Both the position numbers and the translations under genes were made by a program. 64,000 nucleotides of DNA from assembly GCF_019059575.1 (NCBI RefSeq), contig NW_024881521.1:601297-665296 (forward strand), read 5' to 3'. Numbering within the stretch: the first letter of the stretch is position 1; each line of letters starts with the position of its first letter. Below are positions 59,715-64,000 of the stretch, piece by piece. Below the pieces are notes generated by a model. It was not told where the DNA came from, ran no database searches, and saw only the letters and a program-made list of their open reading frames with translations. The DNA is from Amphibalanus amphitrite (taxonomy: Eukaryota).

Positions 59715-62700
59715 TTATGTCATTGCTCTCCCTCGTCCGACACTCCAGCGGACCAACTCACCGTCCGCAGTGTAGTACGAAGGCATCCGCTGAGCAGCAC
59801 TCGCTGCCGCACTACTCCTCTCTGGCGCGGCTGGGGAGCCGTCCACAATCCGTCGCTGCTGCTGCTGCTGCGGTGCCGGCCGCGCCGCCGCCGGGGCTGC
59901 CGGCCGGCCGCCGAGCGCCGCACTCAGCGCTGCACTGAGCACATCCCTCGCCGGCTCACCAGCCGCGTACAGTCCCGACTGACCGCTGGTTGGGGCCGAG
60001 TCCTGACGGGGCAGCGAGCTGCGGCGGCCCGCCGACCCGGCAGATACACCCGGGTAGTGGGGCTGCGCGCGGCCTGCCGCCTGGCTCAGCTGGGCCAGGG
60101 GGTCGGTCCGGGAGGCGGCCGAATCGTGACGAGACACGGCGTGACCGAGCAGGTCGTGACGTGACGACGCCGAGCCGAGATCTCGAGACAGATGACCAAG
60201 GGCGGGGTCATGTCTGGAGGTGGGCTGACTCAGGGAGTCACGCCGGCCGCCGGACTGACTCGGGAGCGACTCTGGGCGGAGAGTCGACTGACCGAACGAG
60301 TCCCGCCGTGAGCTGAGTCCCAGTGGTGGCTCCTGTCGTGGCGAGCCATGTGAGAGCTGAGAGTCGGAGCGGGAAAGGCGACTCTCCTGGCGGGGACTCT
60401 GGTGAGAGAGCAGGTGGGGGTCCTGACGGGAGCTCTGATGGGTGAGATGGGGGTCCTGGCGGAGTCCCTGGTGAGAAAGGTGGGGCTCCTGCCGAGGACT
60501 GGGGTGATTCAAATGGGAATCCTGCCGAGGGCTGGGATGATTCAAATGATGATCTTGGCGAGGACTAGGATGATTCAAATGATGGTCCTGACGGGGACTA
60601 GGGTGATTCATATGGGAATCCTGGCGGGGACTGGGATGGTTCAAATGATGATCTTGCCGGGGACTCGGGTGATTCAAGTGGGGATCCTGGCGGGGACTGG
60701 GCTGGTTCATGTAGGACTCCTGCCGTGGACTCGGATGGCCCGCATGAGGCTCTTGCCGCGGACTCCTCTGAATAAGCTGCGGCTCCTGCCGCGGACTGCG
60801 ATGGCTGAAATGCGTCTCTTGGCGAGCACTGGGCTGGCTAAAATGCGACTCCTGCCGTGCACTGGGTTGGCTGAAGTGTGGCTCCTGCCGCGGACTTGGC
60901 TGGCTGAAGTGAGGTTCTTGTCGCGGGCTCGGCTGACTGAAATGAGGTTCTTGCCTCGGACTGGGCTGGTTGAAGTGCGGTTCTTGCCTGGGGCTGGGCT
61001 GACTGAAGGTGGAGTCCCGCCGCCCGCTTTGTTGGCTGACCGCCTGCTCATGTCTCGAGCCGAACCCACCCGTCAGCTGGGGGTCCGCGCGGCCCACGCC
61101 GTGCTGCGCGAACACCGGCGGGCGGTGGTGTGGCGAGGCCGGTGACGGCGGGTTGGGCGCCGGCGGCGGCGGCGCCGGGTCAGCGCGCGGCGCAAAGTGC
61201 GCCATCAGACCCTCGGCCTGCTCAATCCTGGAGCGGGGCGCCGGATCGGCGCGGGCCCCGCCGCCACCCGGCCGGTGTCCGCCGCCGTACGGGTCCGGAC
61301 TGAAGGCTGAGCGGGATACAGCCGGCTGCTGCTGCTGCGGCTGCTGACGGGTCGGCTGCTGAGGCGCCGAGCCGCCCTCAAACGCTGCCAGAACCGCAGA
61401 ACGGGACGGCGCAAAACCGCTCTGAAGATTGGTGGCCACAGATCGTGCCGGCGATACTGGCTGCATCTCCGGCGAGAACGGCGACGAATGGGTGCCACTG
61501 AACGGCGAGCCCACTGACGTGCCCTCCGGGGAGAAAATGTCCGCCTGGCGCGCCGCCAGCTGGAGAATGCTGCTGCGTGCCGGCGGAGAGGCTGCCTCCT
61601 TCAGCTGGTTGAAGCTCATCAGGTCCTTGATCACACAGTCGAGCTCCTCGTTCAGCTGGCCACCGCCACCAGACAGGTCCAGACCCTGGTCGGCGGGCGG
61701 CTCGGGCGGCGGCGGGGGCGGCTGGGGCGGGGGCGGCGGCGGGGGCGGCGGCTCGGCGGGCGGCTCTGGCACCGGTGGCTGCCGGCGGGAGTCTCCGCCG
61801 CCCCGACCGTCCGTCAGACTGGAGCGCCGGCCGGCTCTGGCGGTCTCAGCCGGCTCCGACCAGCACTCACCACTGGGGCGGCGCTCCCCGTCCGTCAGCG
61901 GCGAGAAGAAACTGTTTGTGATACTGTCCGTGCTCGCCTGCCGACCGCTCAGGATCGCATCCATGGCGGCCGCTCCCACACTGTCCGCACTGGCTGTCCG
62001 GGCCCGCTCGGGCGCCTCGTCCCTGACACCACTGTCCTCCCCGCCCCCTCTGCTGATCACCGAGCCGCCGCGGTCGCCCCCGACAGTCCGTCCCCCTATC
62101 ACCTCCTCCTCCCAGGGTGCTGATACACGGCCGTCACCGGCGCTGTCCAGCGCCGCCAGCCGCTCCGTCAGACTGTCCGTGCTCGGCCGGCGCACAGACA
62201 GGTCGGCCGCAGCCGTGGTCGGAGTGCCAGACTCCGAGCTGGTGCGTCGCCGGCCCACCGTCGGCTCCGGGCTCACACACAGCGAGAAGTCTGCCTCGCT
62301 GCCACCCATGATGGAAGCCACCGCGTCGTTCATTTCGGCTTCATTGATCTCCCGGAAGCGTTTCTTTTTCTCTGCCTCCGCGGCGGCGGTTGCAGCTGCG
62401 GCTGCTGTCGCTGCCTCGTCGTCCGTCGGCTCGACCCCGGCCGCAGCCGTCGGCTGGCTCTGAGATCTGCCATACAGGTGGATCTTCTTGGGGCTGTGGT
62501 GACGGTCGGCGGCGGGCTGCTGCGGCGCGGCCGGCGCGCGAGGCTCGGCGGCCCGCAGCTGCTCCGGGGACGGCAGCAGCGGCGGCCCGCCGGCGCCACT
62601 GAGACTGGCGCGGCGCGGTGGCGACCGATCGGCGGGGGTGGCGGCGGGAGCGGCAGATGAGGCGTTAGCAGCGGCAGCGGCGGCGGAGGCATTAGCAGCG

Positions 62701-63249
62701 GCAGCCGCCTCCTGCTGTCGTTGCTCGTGAGAACGCTGAGCCGAGCTGCTCATCCCCTGCCGCAGTTTCTCCAGCTCCAGCTGAAATCCTGACGTCACCG
62801 CCGGAGTTTCCACCGGAGGTACTGTTGCGGCAGGGGGCGCCGCCGCGGCCACCGGCGCAGCGGGCACGGCGCTCGGGGCAGAGGTGACGGCAGGACTGGC
62901 TGCAGCCGGATCCCTGGCCGGCGCGGCGGGAGGGGTGGCAGCGGGCGCAGAAGGCGCCGCCGCAGCCGCCGGCGGGGTCCCACCGTTCTGGAGCCGGTGT
63001 TTCGGGCTGGTAGGCCGGGTCGTCTGATGAGCGGCCTGATGGGCGGCTGGAGGTGCAGAGCTCCGCTCAGATCCGCCGCTTGAGGGATGCGAGTGCTTTG
63101 GTCGCTTCTCGCCTGGTTTGCGGCCGGGCCCCGAAGGCTTTGAGCTATCAGACTCCGGCTTTGGACTGCGCTTCTTCTTCATCGTCTTTCGTTGTAAGTT
63201 GGTGGCGTCATCAAAGGCAGTCTGGAGCCGTTTCAACTCCGCCTTATAC
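59715..63249 (-). CDS. 3.5-kb terminal coding exon of a Pro/Ser/Ala-rich low-complexity protein (~1178 aa from this exon); contains tandem 11-aa coding repeats (QPSPRQEPHFS x~7, then NHPSPRQDHHL x~7)
   Basis: rc ORF 59715..63263 with no stop across 3.5 kb of 70% GC sequence; upstream tttgtctgtttacag acceptor at 63250-63264 implies the exon begins at about 63249 (phase 2); stop at 59715-17. Confidence 0.7.
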
Positions 63250-63462
63250 CTGTAAACAGACAAACACGGAACCCGTCAACTAATGAAGAATCATCAGGCA
63301 AAACATGCCCATGTGCGATATCATCAACATTCGCGACGCGTAGTGTTTCCCTCTCGTTCTCTTCTTCCCCTTCCCTCTAACTACCTGACGACCTCAGTAC
63401 TGCTGTCCTCCGGTACCCGCGCCCTCCCTCACTCACTCTCTCCAATCTAGGCATCCACCCAC

Positions 63463-64000
63463 CTGACGATCTCTGGACTGCTCTGGCCTCCAGTATCGGC
63501 CATTTTCCGTGCCAGATGTGAGCGCATTTCTCGAATCTGCTCCTGTAACAGCAGCGCCATCATTTCCACGGACATAGACGGCGTGAACGACTTCCAGAGC
63601 TGGTCGAGTGGCGGAGGACCGGCCACCATCACGGGTTTCTCGTCGGCAGGCAGTTTGGTCTCCGCCGCCGCGGCTGGCGTGGGGGTTGGGCCAGTTGCGG
63701 TAGGTGACGCCCCGTTGGCCGCCGAGGCTGCCGGCGCCTTGCCCGGGTCAGACTGGCCGGCGGTGGTGGGTGTTTTACTCGGAGAGGCTGCCCGTTTGAC
63801 GGGGGCGGCTAGAGGTGGCGCCGGCGCCGGCGGTGCGGCAGCGGGAGCCGGGGCCGCCGGCCGGTCAGGGCTGCTCGGCAGGATGCGGGCAGCGGCCGGA
63901 GGCGGCGGCGCCGGCTGTGGGGAGGCGACGCGGGCCGCCTTGGCCGCCGGACTGGTCGGTCGTGGTCGTGGCGAGGCCGTGCGCGCTGCGTGCCTGGAGC
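63463..64000 (-). CDS. upstream coding exon(s) of the same low-complexity gene (..AAAETKLPADEKPVMVAGPPPLDQLWKSFTPSMSVEMMALLLQEQIREMRSHLARKMADTGGQSSPEIV-); open to the window edge, 5' end not in window
   Basis: rc reading frame is open from window end to the ag|gtgggt donor at 63462; phase 2 matches the downstream exon. Confidence 0.5.

Noticed and set aside
60402-61145. 247-aa plus-strand ORF (MREQVGVLTG..LLPRTGV..)
   Set aside because: It is the antisense reading of the 33-bp coding tandem repeats of the minus-strand gene. It is periodic and low complexity, not an independent gene.
1-64000. Prokaryotic-style features (operons, CRISPR arrays, defence islands, RBS/promoter/terminator motifs)
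   Set aside because: The sequence is clearly eukaryotic nuclear DNA: spliced multi-exon genes with GT-AG introns, a human RAD54L-like gene at near-identity in motifs, LINEs, MITEs. No direct-repeat/spacer arrays. Annotating bacterial feature classes here would be spurious.

Overview
This is a eukaryotic (metazoan-type) nuclear segment, not prokaryotic. Exons are GC-rich (about 60-70% GC) with canonical GT..AG introns, and there are microsatellites, LINE fragments and TIR DNA transposons. Reading splice sites and reading frames by eye, I can support six protein-coding genes.

- A TMTC-family TPR O-mannosyltransferase-like gene, + strand, 441-10917, with its 5' end outside the window.
- An NSMCE3/MAGE-homology gene, - strand, 12160-14489.
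- A LAPTM4/5-like small 4-TM gene, + strand, 25327-27791.
- An unidentified IQ-motif gene, - strand, 29300 to at least 37622, interrupted by a 5'-truncated RNase-H-type LINE.
- RAD54L (SNF2 helicase), + strand, 50901-57153, matching the human protein closely.
- A very GC-rich Pro/Ser/Ala-rich gene, - strand, with one 3.5 kb terminal exon 59715-63249 and a further exon running off the window.

Interval 14.6-24.9 kb is a transposon patch. It holds three ~1.35 kb Tc1/mariner-like non-autonomous elements with TA target-site duplications (TSDs), two of them in direct tandem, plus a CR1/L2-like LINE tail and a complex inverted repeat. Interval 41.2-45.9 kb is a TIR element with GGGAACG subterminal repeats wrapping a ~2.7 kb Foldback-like palindrome built of ~12-bp tandem repeats. 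A piggyBac-like TTAA-flanked MITE sits in a LAPTM4 intron.

The most unusual thing I see is in four of the six genes, at seven loci. The intron next to a splice junction carries 2-5 tandem degenerate copies of that junction plus 30-60 nt of the adjoining exon.

No CRISPR, operons or defence-system-like structures are present. All coordinates were derived by hand and may be off by a few nucleotides.
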